A stretch of 64,000 nt of DNA from an uncultured Chloroflexia bacterium. GTDB lineage: Bacteria > Chloroflexota > Limnocylindria > Limnocylindrales > CSP1-4. The notes beneath the pieces were generated by a model, which was not told where the DNA came from, did no database searches, and saw only the letters and a list, made by a program, of their open reading frames with translations. Shown one piece after another: positions 43,487 to 52,526 of this stretch (positions within the stretch are counted from its first letter, which is position 1; the number at the start of each line of letters is the position of its first letter). Position numbers and translations under genes: made by a program. Location: assembly GCA_963748625.1 (NCBI GenBank), contig CAVVJT010000007.1, positions 576,001-640,000 of the forward strand, read 5' to 3'.

Positions 43487-44086
43487 GTGCGAACCAGGAT
43501 CATCGTCGCGCTCGCAGCCCTCATGGCCGCCTCCGCCCTGGTCGCCGCACCCGGTCCGGCTGGCTCACAGGGCACGAGCGACGCCGCGGGGATCGACCAA
43601 GGGTCACTGACTCGGATCTCGATCGCGCTACCTGTTGGCGCTGCGACGACGGCGAGCTACGAACAAATCACCTCGATGGCTTCAGCCAACCGGCTCGGGC
43701 CGGCCGCGGCATTTGTCGAACCGGCCCCGTCGACCGCCGCCCCCGTGAAGCCCGCGATCAGCCAGCCGAACCCGAAAGGCACGAAGGTGCCCAAGAACTA
43801 CTGGCGGTTCGATCCCGACATCAGCTGGTACGGGCCACACTTCTACGGCTCGGGCACGGCGTGCGGCCAGAAGTACACCCGCGAGATCATGGGCGTCGCC
43901 CATCGCTCGCTGCCCTGCGGCACGCTCGTCACGTTCCGCAACCCGAAGAACGGACGCCAGGTCACCGTCCCCGTGATCGACCGCGGACCGTACGTGGCCG
44001 GGCGGACCTGGGACATGTCGAAGGGCCTGTGCGACTACCTTGATCACTGCTACACCGGGTCGATCGAGTGGCGCTGGGGCCGCTGA
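43487..44086 (+). CDS. RlpA-like double-psi beta-barrel secreted protein
   Basis: SWYGP, TACG, AHRSLPCGT and VIDRGPY motifs. Confidence 0.85.
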   Translation: MRTRIIVALAALMAASALVAAPGPAGSQGTSDAAGIDQGSLTRISIALPVGAATTASYEQITSMASANRLGPAAAFVEPAPSTAAPVKPAISQPNPKGTKVPKNYWRFDPDISWYGPHFYGSGTACGQKYTREIMGVAHRSLPCGTLVTFRNPKNGRQVTVPVIDRGPYVAGRTWDMSKGLCDYLDHCYTGSIEWRWGR

Positions 44087-44115
44087 CGGCCTGAGGCATC
44101 GCTAGGGAGCCTGGC

Positions 44116-44880
44116 ATGCGACTGCTGCACATGGTGGCACTCGGCGGTGCACTGCTGATCGCCGCCGCCTGCGGGTCATCGACGCCGACCGGGCCGGCAG
44201 ATGGGGCGACAGGCGAGCCGACTGCAGGGCCGACACTCCCGACCGCCGATGCAAGCGCGCTCCGCTACACTTGCGACAGCCGATTCCCGTTCACCGCTGA
44301 CCTGCTGACCCGCCCTGGTGGCGACGAGCTGGCGGCCACCCCGCTGGCGGCCGCGCTGCGTGCCCACCTCGCGAAGCAGGACCTGGACATCGACTGGCTG
44401 CCCGACTCCGGGTGGACGCTGCTGGGCGAGGACGAGACTGGCGCCGCGTTCATCGCGCCCGGCGGCGACACCGGGCTGCTCACCGTCTCGCTCGACCACG
44501 TCGGTCGTGTCTGGGCCGTGAACGGCTGGGGTGACTGCCAGCCGATGCGGGTCCTTCCGCCGGGCCTGGGTGATGCGACGTGGGCCTTGCCGCCCGAGGC
44601 GGCGATCGGGCCTGCCACCACTGAGTTCGTCGCGCTCGTCACGGAGCGGGACTGTGCGTCCGGCAGCCCGTCGGTGGGTCGCGTCGTGGGTCCCGACATC
44701 CTGCTGCTCGAGGACCGGGTCCTGGTCACGTTCGGCGTGCGCCCGCTCGGCGGGGACGCCCAGACCTGCCAGGGCAACCCGGCCACGCCGGTCAGCGTGG
44801 TGCTGCCCGAGCCGCTCGGCGACCGCAAGCTGCTCGACGGGTCCACGCTGCCCCCGCGGGACCCCACCGCCGAGCCGTAA
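44116..44880 (+). CDS. hypothetical lipoprotein
   Basis: AAAC lipobox; TCQGNP...LPEPLGDRKLLDG. Confidence 0.65.
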   Translation: MRLLHMVALGGALLIAAACGSSTPTGPADGATGEPTAGPTLPTADASALRYTCDSRFPFTADLLTRPGGDELAATPLAAALRAHLAKQDLDIDWLPDSGWTLLGEDETGAAFIAPGGDTGLLTVSLDHVGRVWAVNGWGDCQPMRVLPPGLGDATWALPPEAAIGPATTEFVALVTERDCASGSPSVGRVVGPDILLLEDRVLVTFGVRPLGGDAQTCQGNPATPVSVVLPEPLGDRKLLDGSTLPPRDPTAEP

Positions 44881-44907
44881 CGGCTGCGGCGCCCGTTCCC
44901 ACAGGTT

Positions 44908-45019
44908 GCCCCACCTGGGGGGCGTTTCGGGGCCGTCCACGCACGGCCTGCGTCGCAAACCCCGAGTTGCGCGCCCGGACCACGCTCACGACCCCCGGAT
45001 CTGGCCCCGCACGTGGGGC
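44908..45019 (+). repeat. family-B element, copy 3 (112 bp, arm-swapped subtype)
   Basis: Same dyads and core; inner arms CGTTTCGG / CCGGATCT. Confidence 0.9.
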
Positions 45020-45057
45020 GGCGTGCAGGAACCCGCCCGGCGACGCACCCCGGTGGC

Positions 45058-45309
45058 TCAGCCCTCGGCGATGGGCTCGTTCGTGCGGTCCACGAGAAAG
45101 CGCCAGTCCACCGGTCCCTGTTCCAGCCAGGTCCAGGCGAACCGCCCCGGATGCTCGGCGGCCAGCCGCACCGACAGCCCGGACGAGTCGTGGTCGTTCG
45201 TGACCTCCATCGACTCGCCCGGCTGGAGCCCGAACAACGTGGCGAACAGCAGCTCGTGGCGGGGATCCATGGGCATGCCGCGCAGGTCGATGCGCGTGGG
45301 CTCGGACAT
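45058..45309 (-). CDS. DUF2249 domain protein
   Basis: IDLRGM..PRHE, L.PGE, NDHD and LEQGP.DW motifs. Confidence 0.8.
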   Translation of the reverse strand: MSEPTRIDLRGMPMDPRHELLFATLFGLQPGESMEVTNDHDSSGLSVRLAAEHPGRFAWTWLEQGPVDWRFLVDRTNEPIAEG

Positions 45310-45388
45310 GAGTGCGGACTCCTTGACGACTGGCGGCGGGACGCAACGGGCTTGAAATGTACGGTAGACGACGTGTAAAATGCAAGCC

Positions 45389-46051
45389 ATGCAGGCCATA
45401 CCGCCGCTCGACCGCCATGCCGCCCTCGCAGACCCGTCCCGGCGGGCGCTGCTGGACGCGCTCCGGCACGCGGACGGGAAGCCCCAGGACGTGCGGACGC
45501 TGGCGGCCGCGGTCGGCCTCCACCCCAACAGCGCCCGGGAGCAGCTCGCCCGCCTCGCGGATGCGGGCCTGGTGCGCGTCGCGACGGCGGCCCCTGCCGG
45601 ACGCGGCCGTCCGGGCCTGCGCTACCAGGCCGTGCCTGAGTCGACCAGCGACCCCTTCCGCGTCCTCGCCTCGGCCCTCGCCGAAGGACTCGCCAGCGTC
45701 CCTGGTGGGGCTGCGCTGAGCACCGCCGCCGGTGAGCGCTGGGGCCGCGAGGCCGCGGCCACCCTCCCCCCGACCGACCGCGCGAACGCGCTCCACGCGG
45801 TTGTCGCGCTCATGCACGAGGCCGGGTTCGCGCCCGAGCCCGTCGCCGCGGGCGACACCGAGGTCCGCCTCCACGCCTGTCCGTTCCTGCCCCTCGACCC
45901 GCGTCACCTCGACGTCGTCTGCGGCGTCCACCTCGGCTTCATGCGCGGCGCGCTCCGCGAGCTCGAGGCCCCTGTCGACGCCACCTCCATCCACCCGTTC
46001 AGCGAGCCCGGCGCCTGCAGCGCCCGCCTGGAGACCCGCCCCGATGCATGA
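45389..46051 (+). CDS. ArsR/SufR-like HTH transcriptional regulator
   Basis: ALADPSR, GLHPNSAREQL, GRGRP and CPF...VCGVH motifs. Confidence 0.8.
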   Translation: MQAIPPLDRHAALADPSRRALLDALRHADGKPQDVRTLAAAVGLHPNSAREQLARLADAGLVRVATAAPAGRGRPGLRYQAVPESTSDPFRVLASALAEGLASVPGGAALSTAAGERWGREAAATLPPTDRANALHAVVALMHEAGFAPEPVAAGDTEVRLHACPFLPLDPRHLDVVCGVHLGFMRGALRELEAPVDATSIHPFSEPGACSARLETRPDA

Positions 46052-46364
46052 GACCGCCGACGCCGACATCGCCCCGATCCTGGAGGCACTGCGCTCCGTG
46101 ATGGATCCCGAGCTCGGCGTGAACATCGTGGATCTCGGTCTGGTCTACAGTGTCCAGCAGTATGACGACGGCGATGTCTACGTGACGATGACAGTGACCA
46201 CGCCCGCCTGCCCCATCGGGAGCTTCCTCGAGCAGCAGGTCCGCTGGGCCGTCATGTCCATTCCGGACGTGGGGGCTGTCGAGGTTGAGGTCGTGCATAC
46301 CCCGCCCTGGTCGCCTGCCCTGATGACCGACACCGCCCGCGCGACCCTCGGGTGGTCGTCATGA
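46044..46364 (+). CDS. SufT/PaaD-like (DUF59) metal-sulfur cluster assembly protein
   Basis: DPELGVNIVDLGLVY, TTPACP and PPW motifs. Confidence 0.88.
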   Translation: MHETADADIAPILEALRSVMDPELGVNIVDLGLVYSVQQYDDGDVYVTMTVTTPACPIGSFLEQQVRWAVMSIPDVGAVEVEVVHTPPWSPALMTDTARATLGWSS

Positions 46365-47545
46365 CCACGGACGCCGCCCCTTCGGCCCCTTCGGCTCCAT
46401 CGGTCCGGCCCGCCCGGACCCGACCGCGAGCCGAGGTGCCGCGACCCTCGCTCCGCCGCGTGGCTCTGCTGATGCTGGCAGCCGTGTCGCTGATCGCGGC
46501 ACTCCTGGGTGCGCTCGCGCTCCTCGGCGTGCCGTCCACCCCTGCCGGTCCGCGGTTCGCGGGTTCCCACGGCCTGCTGATGACCCTTGGCTTCCTGGCG
46601 ACGCTCGTCGCGCTGGAGCGCGCGGTGGCGCTCGACCGGGCGTGGGCGTACCTGGCGCCGGCCGCATCAGGCGTCGCCGGCCTCCTGCTGGTGGGCGGCG
46701 GCTGGCGCGAGGCCGCGCTGGTCCTCATGCTTCTCGCGGCGCTCCTCTACCTCGCGGTCTACGTGGAGCTCCTCCGCCTCGACCCGTCCCTGCACACGTT
46801 CGTCCAGGCGTCGGGTGGCCTCGGCTGGCTCCTCGCAGCGTCGCTCCTCGTCCTCGGCAGGCCTGTCGCCGACGCAACGCCGGGCCTCTCCGCGTTCCTC
46901 GTGCTCACGGTGGTCGGCGAGCGGCTGGAGCTCGCGCGCCTCGGCAACCTCACCGCAGGCAAGAAGCGCCTGTTCGTCGTCGCAGCATCGCTGTTCGGTG
47001 CAGGCGTCGCCCTTGCCGTCATCCAGCCGAACCTCGGACTGCGGCTCGGCGGCGTCGGCCTGATCGCCCTTGCCGCGTGGCTCGCCCGCTTCGACATCGC
47101 CCGGCGCACCGTGCGCATCCCGGGCGTCACCCGGTTCATCGCCCTGTGCCTGCTCGCGGGCTACGTCTGGCTCGCCGTCGGCGGGGCCGCCTGGCTGGCG
47201 TGGGGCATCGACGCGACGCCCCTCCAGCGCGACGCGATGCTGCACGCGATCTTCCTGGGCTTCGTGATCTCGATGGTCTTCGGCCACGCGCCGGTGATCC
47301 TGCCCGCCGTCCTGAAGGTGCCACTGCCGTACCACCCCTGGTTCTACGGGCACTTCCTGCTGCTCCAGGCCGGACTCCTGGTGCGTGTGATCGGCGGCGA
47401 TGTCTTCGACCAGACCTGGGCCTGGCAGGCCGGCGGCGTCATGACGGTGTCCGCGGTGCTGCTGTTCCTGGTGGCGTCGGTGACATCCGCGGCCGGGGCG
47501 ATGTGGTCGATGCGGTCCCCCCGCCCGAGCCGCCCGACCGGCTAG
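46361..47545 (+). CDS. NnrS-like polytopic membrane protein
   Basis: HGLLMTLGF..LERAVA, ERLELAR and HAIFLGFVISMVFGHAPVILP motifs. Confidence 0.6.
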   Translation: MTTDAAPSAPSAPSVRPARTRPRAEVPRPSLRRVALLMLAAVSLIAALLGALALLGVPSTPAGPRFAGSHGLLMTLGFLATLVALERAVALDRAWAYLAPAASGVAGLLLVGGGWREAALVLMLLAALLYLAVYVELLRLDPSLHTFVQASGGLGWLLAASLLVLGRPVADATPGLSAFLVLTVVGERLELARLGNLTAGKKRLFVVAASLFGAGVALAVIQPNLGLRLGGVGLIALAAWLARFDIARRTVRIPGVTRFIALCLLAGYVWLAVGGAAWLAWGIDATPLQRDAMLHAIFLGFVISMVFGHAPVILPAVLKVPLPYHPWFYGHFLLLQAGLLVRVIGGDVFDQTWAWQAGGVMTVSAVLLFLVASVTSAAGAMWSMRSPRPSRPTG

Positions 47546-47586
47546 CCCGGCGCGGTTCAGGCCGTAGCCCCCCGGCCGCGCCCGAT

Positions 47587-47700
47587 CAATTCACCAGAGA
47601 CTCGATTCCGCCCTCGGCGTGCGGAGGTGGACGGCCGCACCTCGACCAAGAAGGCACGAGCCACGCTCGCGGATGCGCGATCGGGTGCGCAGGTGAATTG
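47587..47700 (+). repeat. 114-bp element with CAATTCACC TIR and a family-B-like core
   Basis: CAATTCACC...GGTGAATTG; CGAC-N14-CCACGCTC at nearly the same offset as in family B. Confidence 0.55.
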
Positions 47701-47798
47701 CCCGACGGCTGAAGTCGATGCGGGGGCTCGGGGGCGTGACGGCCCGGTCCGGAGCCCCGGGGCGCGGCTCAGGCCGCCGGGGCGCGGCTCAGGCCGTC

Positions 47799-48245
47799 CT
47801 AGCGCGACGCCCGCAGGTGCTCCACCAGCGCATCCAGCCCCAGCACATACCCGGCCGGCCCCAGTCCCTTGAACGTCGCGACCGCCACGTCGTGCAGGTA
47901 GTTCACCCGCCGGAACGGCTCGCGCTGGTCCGGATCGGAGAGGTGGACCTCCACGAACGGCCGCGCCACCCCCAGCAGCGCGTCCCGCAGGGCGACGCTC
48001 GTGTGGGTCAGGCCGCCGGCGTTGATCACGACGCCGTCGAAATTCCGCTCATGGAGCCGGTCGATGATCCGGCCCTCGTGGTTCGACTGGAAGAAGGCGA
48101 GGCTGACATCGACAAGCTCCACCGCGCGCGCCCGCACCCGGTCGTGGATCTGGTCGAGCGTCTCCGAGCCGTAGATCGAGGGCTCGCGCGTGCCCACCAG
48201 GTTCAGGTTCGGCCCGTCGACCACCAGGACCCGGAGCGTGTTCAC
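47799..48245 (-). CDS. aroQ: type II 3-dehydroquinate dehydratase
   Basis: GPNLNLVGTREPSIYG, QSNHEG, THTSVALRDA and EVHLS motifs. Confidence 0.93.
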   Translation of the reverse strand: MNTLRVLVVDGPNLNLVGTREPSIYGSETLDQIHDRVRARAVELVDVSLAFFQSNHEGRIIDRLHERNFDGVVINAGGLTHTSVALRDALLGVARPFVEVHLSDPDQREPFRRVNYLHDVAVATFKGLGPAGYVLGLDALVEHLRASR

Positions 48246-48246
48246 C

Positions 48247-49626
48247 CTACGACCCCAGCGGCTCGAACGTGGCCGTGAAGTGCCGCAGCTGCGCCGGCTG
48301 CTTCGCGATCCGGTACCCGCGCAGGGACGCGGAGCGCTTGGCCACGTCCTGGGCCACCTCGATCACGTAGTCGATGTGGCTCTGCGTGTACGTCCGGCGC
48401 GGGATCGCCAGGCGGACGAGGTCCATCGGCCCCTCCACCTCGGTGCCGTCGGGGCGCTTCCCGAACATGACCGTCCCGATCTCGCACCCGCGGATGCCGC
48501 CGGCCCGGTACAGCTCCACCGCGAGCGACTGGCCCGGGTACTGGAGCGGCGGGATGTGCGGCAGCAGCGCCCGCGCGTCGAGGTACACCGCGTGCCCGCC
48601 GAACGGCATCACGCAGGGGATCCCCGCCTCCACCAGCGCGTTGCCCAGGTACTCGGTCGACTTGATCCGGTAGCGCAGGTAGTCCTCGTCGACGACCTCC
48701 TTCAGCCCCTGGGCCATCGCCTCGAGGTCGCGGCCGGCCAGGCCGCCGTAGGTCGGGAAGCCCTCGGTCAGGATCAGCAGGTTGCGGCACTGCTCGGCGA
48801 GCGCGTCGTCGTTCATCGCCAGCCAGCCGCCGATGTTGACCAGCGCGTCCTTCTTGGCCGACATCGTCATGCCGTCCACGAGGGACCCGATCTCCCGCAC
48901 GATCTCCTTGACCGACCGATCGCCCTGGCCCGGCTCGCGGGTCTTGATGAACCACGCGTTCTCGGCGAACCGGCAGCCGTCAAGGAAGAGGGGTTTGCCG
49001 AACCGGTCGCAGACCTCGCGCACCGCGCGCAGGTTCGCCAGGCTCACCGGCTGGCCGCCGCCCGAGTTGTTGGTGATGGTGATCACGACCAGCGGGATCG
49101 CGTCGCCCCGCTCCTCGAGCAGCCGCGCCAGGGCCTCGGTGTCCATGTTCCCCTTGAAGGGGTGGATCAGCGCGGGCTGGCGGCCTTCGGCGATGACCAG
49201 GTCGATGGCCTCGGCGCCCGTGAACTCGACGTTGGCGCGGGTGGTGTCGAAGTGGGTGTTGTTCGGGACCACCTTGCCCGGGCCGCCGACCGCGGTGTAC
49301 AGGATCTTCTCGGCGGCGCGGCCCTGGTGGGTAGGGATGACGTGCTTGAACGGGAAGAGGTCCTGGATCGCCTCCAGGAAGACGAACCACGACGGGGAGC
49401 CTGCGTACGACTCGTCACCGTGCTGGATCGCGGCCCACTGGTCGCGGCTCATGGCGCCGGTGCCGGAGTCGGTCAGGAGGTCGATGAGGACGTCGTTCGC
49501 GTGGAGGCTGAAGAGGTTCCAGCCGGCCCGCTCGAGGGCGGCCTCGCGCTCGGCCTCGGTGGTGAGCCGGATCGGCTCGACGGCGTGGATGCGGAAGGGC
49601 TCGATGATGGTCTGCCAGCGGTCCAT
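48247..49626 (-). CDS. tnaA: tryptophanase
   Basis: DLLTDSGT, HQGRAAE, MSAKKD, GFPTYGG and RLAIPRR motifs; LRHFTA (His typical of Tnase rather than TPL). Confidence 0.85.
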   Translation of the reverse strand: MDRWQTIIEPFRIHAVEPIRLTTEAEREAALERAGWNLFSLHANDVLIDLLTDSGTGAMSRDQWAAIQHGDESYAGSPSWFVFLEAIQDLFPFKHVIPTHQGRAAEKILYTAVGGPGKVVPNNTHFDTTRANVEFTGAEAIDLVIAEGRQPALIHPFKGNMDTEALARLLEERGDAIPLVVITITNNSGGGQPVSLANLRAVREVCDRFGKPLFLDGCRFAENAWFIKTREPGQGDRSVKEIVREIGSLVDGMTMSAKKDALVNIGGWLAMNDDALAEQCRNLLILTEGFPTYGGLAGRDLEAMAQGLKEVVDEDYLRYRIKSTEYLGNALVEAGIPCVMPFGGHAVYLDARALLPHIPPLQYPGQSLAVELYRAGGIRGCEIGTVMFGKRPDGTEVEGPMDLVRLAIPRRTYTQSHIDYVIEVAQDVAKRSASLRGYRIAKQPAQLRHFTATFEPLGS

Positions 49627-49789
49627 GACGGCGAGGATACGCCGCACACCGATCCCGGAACGCCGGATTCCGACGGGCCCCGGCGACGGGGGCGCAGGCG
49701 GTGACGGCGCAGGCGCAGGGCGGGGCGGTCGCGGGTTTCCGCGCCGCGGCTCACGGTTTCTGCGGCGCGGCCCGCACCTTCAGCGCCTC

Positions 49790-49900
49790 GGCCCACGTGG
49801 GGGGCGAAATCGCGCCAGCCACGCACGGTCTGCGTGACAAACCCCGACTTCCGCACCCGGACCACGCTCAGGACGCGCCGAAACGGCCCCCACGTGGGGC
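49790..49900 (+). repeat. family-B 111-bp element, copy 4
   Basis: Same dyads and core. Confidence 0.92.
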
Positions 49901-50099
49901 AAACCGCCCCTTCCAGGCTCGACGCCGTCGGTATCCAGCCTCGACGCTGTCCGCATCCGAGCGCGACGCCGTCCGCCACGCGGCCGAGCGCGACACCACG
50001 CGTGCCCGGGCACGAATGCCCGAAAGGGCATGCGCGGGGGCTGGTGGCCCCACAGGTCGCGCAGTATCGTGTTGCTGCGTCCACGCGCCACGTTCGAGG

Positions 50100-51902
50100 A
50101 TGACCGTGTCAGACTCGTCCCTGCTCAGGGTCGGCTCCCGCGATCCACGCCGGCCGACGGGTACCGGCGTCCGCACGGCGTCGCCCGCCAAGCCAGGAGC
50201 CGGCGCCCGCACGGCAACGCCAGCCGATGACCTGCGCGAGGTTGCACCGCTGCTCGGGGCAGAACCGCGAGACCCGTCCGCCTCGTCCCTGGCCGCGCTC
50301 CAGCGGTTGGCCGGCAATGCCGCCGTCGGCTCGGTCATGAGGACCGTCCAGCGGTCCGTTCCCGAGGGGCTCGCCACCAGCCCGGCCACCGAGCGGCTCG
50401 CCACCCAGCTTGACGACGAGGACGAGGAAGGCGCCATCGCCACCTTCGAGGCACTGGGCGAGGACGAGACGGACACGGTCCTACGCAGCCGCGTCTGGCA
50501 GGACATGGGCACGTCCGCGTTCGGCAACGAGACGATGCACCGGGCGATGGTCGCCACCGGGTCGCGCGGGCTGCTGTTCAGCAAGCTCCTGTGGGAGTTC
50601 GACGAGGGCACGGACTTTGGGCAGGTGCGCGAGCTTGTCAACACGGCCCCAGAGCCGCAGCGGCGCCAGGTCATCACCGAGCCGTGGTTCCGCGACGAGT
50701 TCACCAGCATCTGCGACAACGAGACCATGGGCATCGCCGTGCGCCTGCTGGGCCCGCCGCTCGTCAACCAGCTCGACTGGATGATCGAGGAGGGCGTCGA
50801 CGAGCCGGAGTTCGTGCGCCTGATCGAGCAGTCCGCCCCCGACGACCTCCACGAGGCTGCCCGTGATGAGCCGCTCATGAGCCGGCTCCGCGACGAGGTC
50901 CCCGCGGAGTCGCGCGTGTTCACCGCGCTCGTCTCGGCCGGCTCCGTCTCGCCGGAGGGGGAGACGGCGGCGGCAGGCCGCTGGACCGAGGCCGATGCCG
51001 CGATGCTTCGGGCGGCGACGAGGCGGCTGGGCGTCATCGGCGCCCGCGCTGCCGCGCGCGTGCCGGCCGCCGTCAACGCCCTGGACGAGACGTCCTACGA
51101 GGCATTCCGCACCACGCTCGGGGCCGCCGGATCGGACACGGAGCGGGCGTACATCTGCAAGGGCCTCGCCGCGGGGCACACCATCACGGAGCTCGAGGAG
51201 TTCGCCCTCCTGATCCGGGGCATGAGCGACGACTGGCTCCTCCTCAACCTCAACGTCGTCCGGGTCACCACCACCGGCGACACCAGCAGCGGCGCCGGCA
51301 TCATCCAGCAGTTCCACAACAGCTGCGGCCCCACCTCGGTGCAGACGGTCGTGGCCCAGTCCGATCCCGTGTACGCCCTCACCCTCAACTCGTCCGGGCC
51401 CATCGGCGCGGCCCCGGACTTCGCCCTCTCCAGCCCCGAGACGGTCCAGAACGACCTTGCGGCGGCGGAGCAGGGTGCCATCCTGAACGCCCACGCCATG
51501 GGCAACTCGGGCAATGCCCCGGAGGACCGGGAGCTGGGCGGGACCCAGACCAGGGGCGGCGCGTGGGTCGAGGACGACATGAACGCCCGCAGGGCCGCGA
51601 CGGGGGTCACCTACGAGCGGAAGAACGTGCCGGGACAGATCGGGGTCGAGGAGCTCCTGGCCATCCTCACCGTCAATCTCGGGATGGGGATCGAGGTTCC
51701 CATCATCGTCGGGCAGACGCCCGGTGCCTACTCGCACTACGTCGTGGTGATCCGCAAGGAGGGCGACCGGTACCAGATCCACGACGTCTGGGCGGGCCAG
51801 ACCGTGTGGCGCACGTCCGAGGCATTCCGCTCCGGAACCCTCAACCTGCCCAGCAACCACCTCATGGTCACGGCCGTCGCCGAGCCGACACTCGCGGCCT
51901 AG
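50100..51902 (+). CDS. putative eCIS/polymorphic-toxin effector with C-terminal papain-like (C39-like) domain
   Basis: LQRLAGNAAV and VQR N-terminal motifs; GTD/GVDE helical repeats; QQFHNSCGPTS, SHYVVV and IHDVW catalytic-like motifs. Confidence 0.6.
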   Translation: MTVSDSSLLRVGSRDPRRPTGTGVRTASPAKPGAGARTATPADDLREVAPLLGAEPRDPSASSLAALQRLAGNAAVGSVMRTVQRSVPEGLATSPATERLATQLDDEDEEGAIATFEALGEDETDTVLRSRVWQDMGTSAFGNETMHRAMVATGSRGLLFSKLLWEFDEGTDFGQVRELVNTAPEPQRRQVITEPWFRDEFTSICDNETMGIAVRLLGPPLVNQLDWMIEEGVDEPEFVRLIEQSAPDDLHEAARDEPLMSRLRDEVPAESRVFTALVSAGSVSPEGETAAAGRWTEADAAMLRAATRRLGVIGARAAARVPAAVNALDETSYEAFRTTLGAAGSDTERAYICKGLAAGHTITELEEFALLIRGMSDDWLLLNLNVVRVTTTGDTSSGAGIIQQFHNSCGPTSVQTVVAQSDPVYALTLNSSGPIGAAPDFALSSPETVQNDLAAAEQGAILNAHAMGNSGNAPEDRELGGTQTRGGAWVEDDMNARRAATGVTYERKNVPGQIGVEELLAILTVNLGMGIEVPIIVGQTPGAYSHYVVVIRKEGDRYQIHDVWAGQTVWRTSEAFRSGTLNLPSNHLMVTAVAEPTLAA

Positions 51903-51917
51903 GAGAGGACCACGGCG

Positions 51918-52397
51918 ATGGACTCGGCGATGACCGGCACCCAGGAGCATGACGACCGGGACCAGTCGCGCGACGAGCTCCTCGCCGTGGACGTGCCGGC
52001 GATCCTCGCCGCCGGGATCTCCGACGGCAGCGGCGCCATGCGGGGCCCCGTGCAGGGGACGGCGTCCGCTGCGGCGGCGGTCCAGCTCGGGGAGGACGGG
52101 CTCCCGGTTGAGATGCTCGGGCGGATCCTGACGATGATCCATCGCCACACCCTCGCCGCTGCCCGAGCGAACCAGGACGTGATCGTGGAGGAGCCGGCGA
52201 AGCGCGGGTTCCCGCGCGCGGCCGCCATCGTGCGGGCAGGGATCGAGGCCTGCCGGGACGATGCCGACTACGTCCTCTTCGCGCGCTGGCTCGCGAACGT
52301 GTACGGGATCCTCGCCCTGCGCGCGGCCGATCCCGCGGCCGATCCCGGGCCCGCCATCGGCGCAGCGGATGCAGACCCCGCCATGCCGGGCAGCTGA
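51918..52397 (+). CDS. hypothetical protein (possible immunity/chaperone)
   Basis: AGGAGAGG RBS directly after the effector stop; helical protein. Confidence 0.55.
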   Translation: MDSAMTGTQEHDDRDQSRDELLAVDVPAILAAGISDGSGAMRGPVQGTASAAAAVQLGEDGLPVEMLGRILTMIHRHTLAAARANQDVIVEEPAKRGFPRAAAIVRAGIEACRDDADYVLFARWLANVYGILALRAADPAADPGPAIGAADADPAMPGS

Positions 52398-52526
52398 CCG
52401 CGCCACACGGCTGACCGTGCCACAATTCGGCATCCGTCGCGCACCGTCGCGCGACTGGGATCCGGCAGCGACGTCCCGCGCCGCCCACCTCCGAGCAATG
52501 ACGACAGCGACGTAGGAGCACCACGC

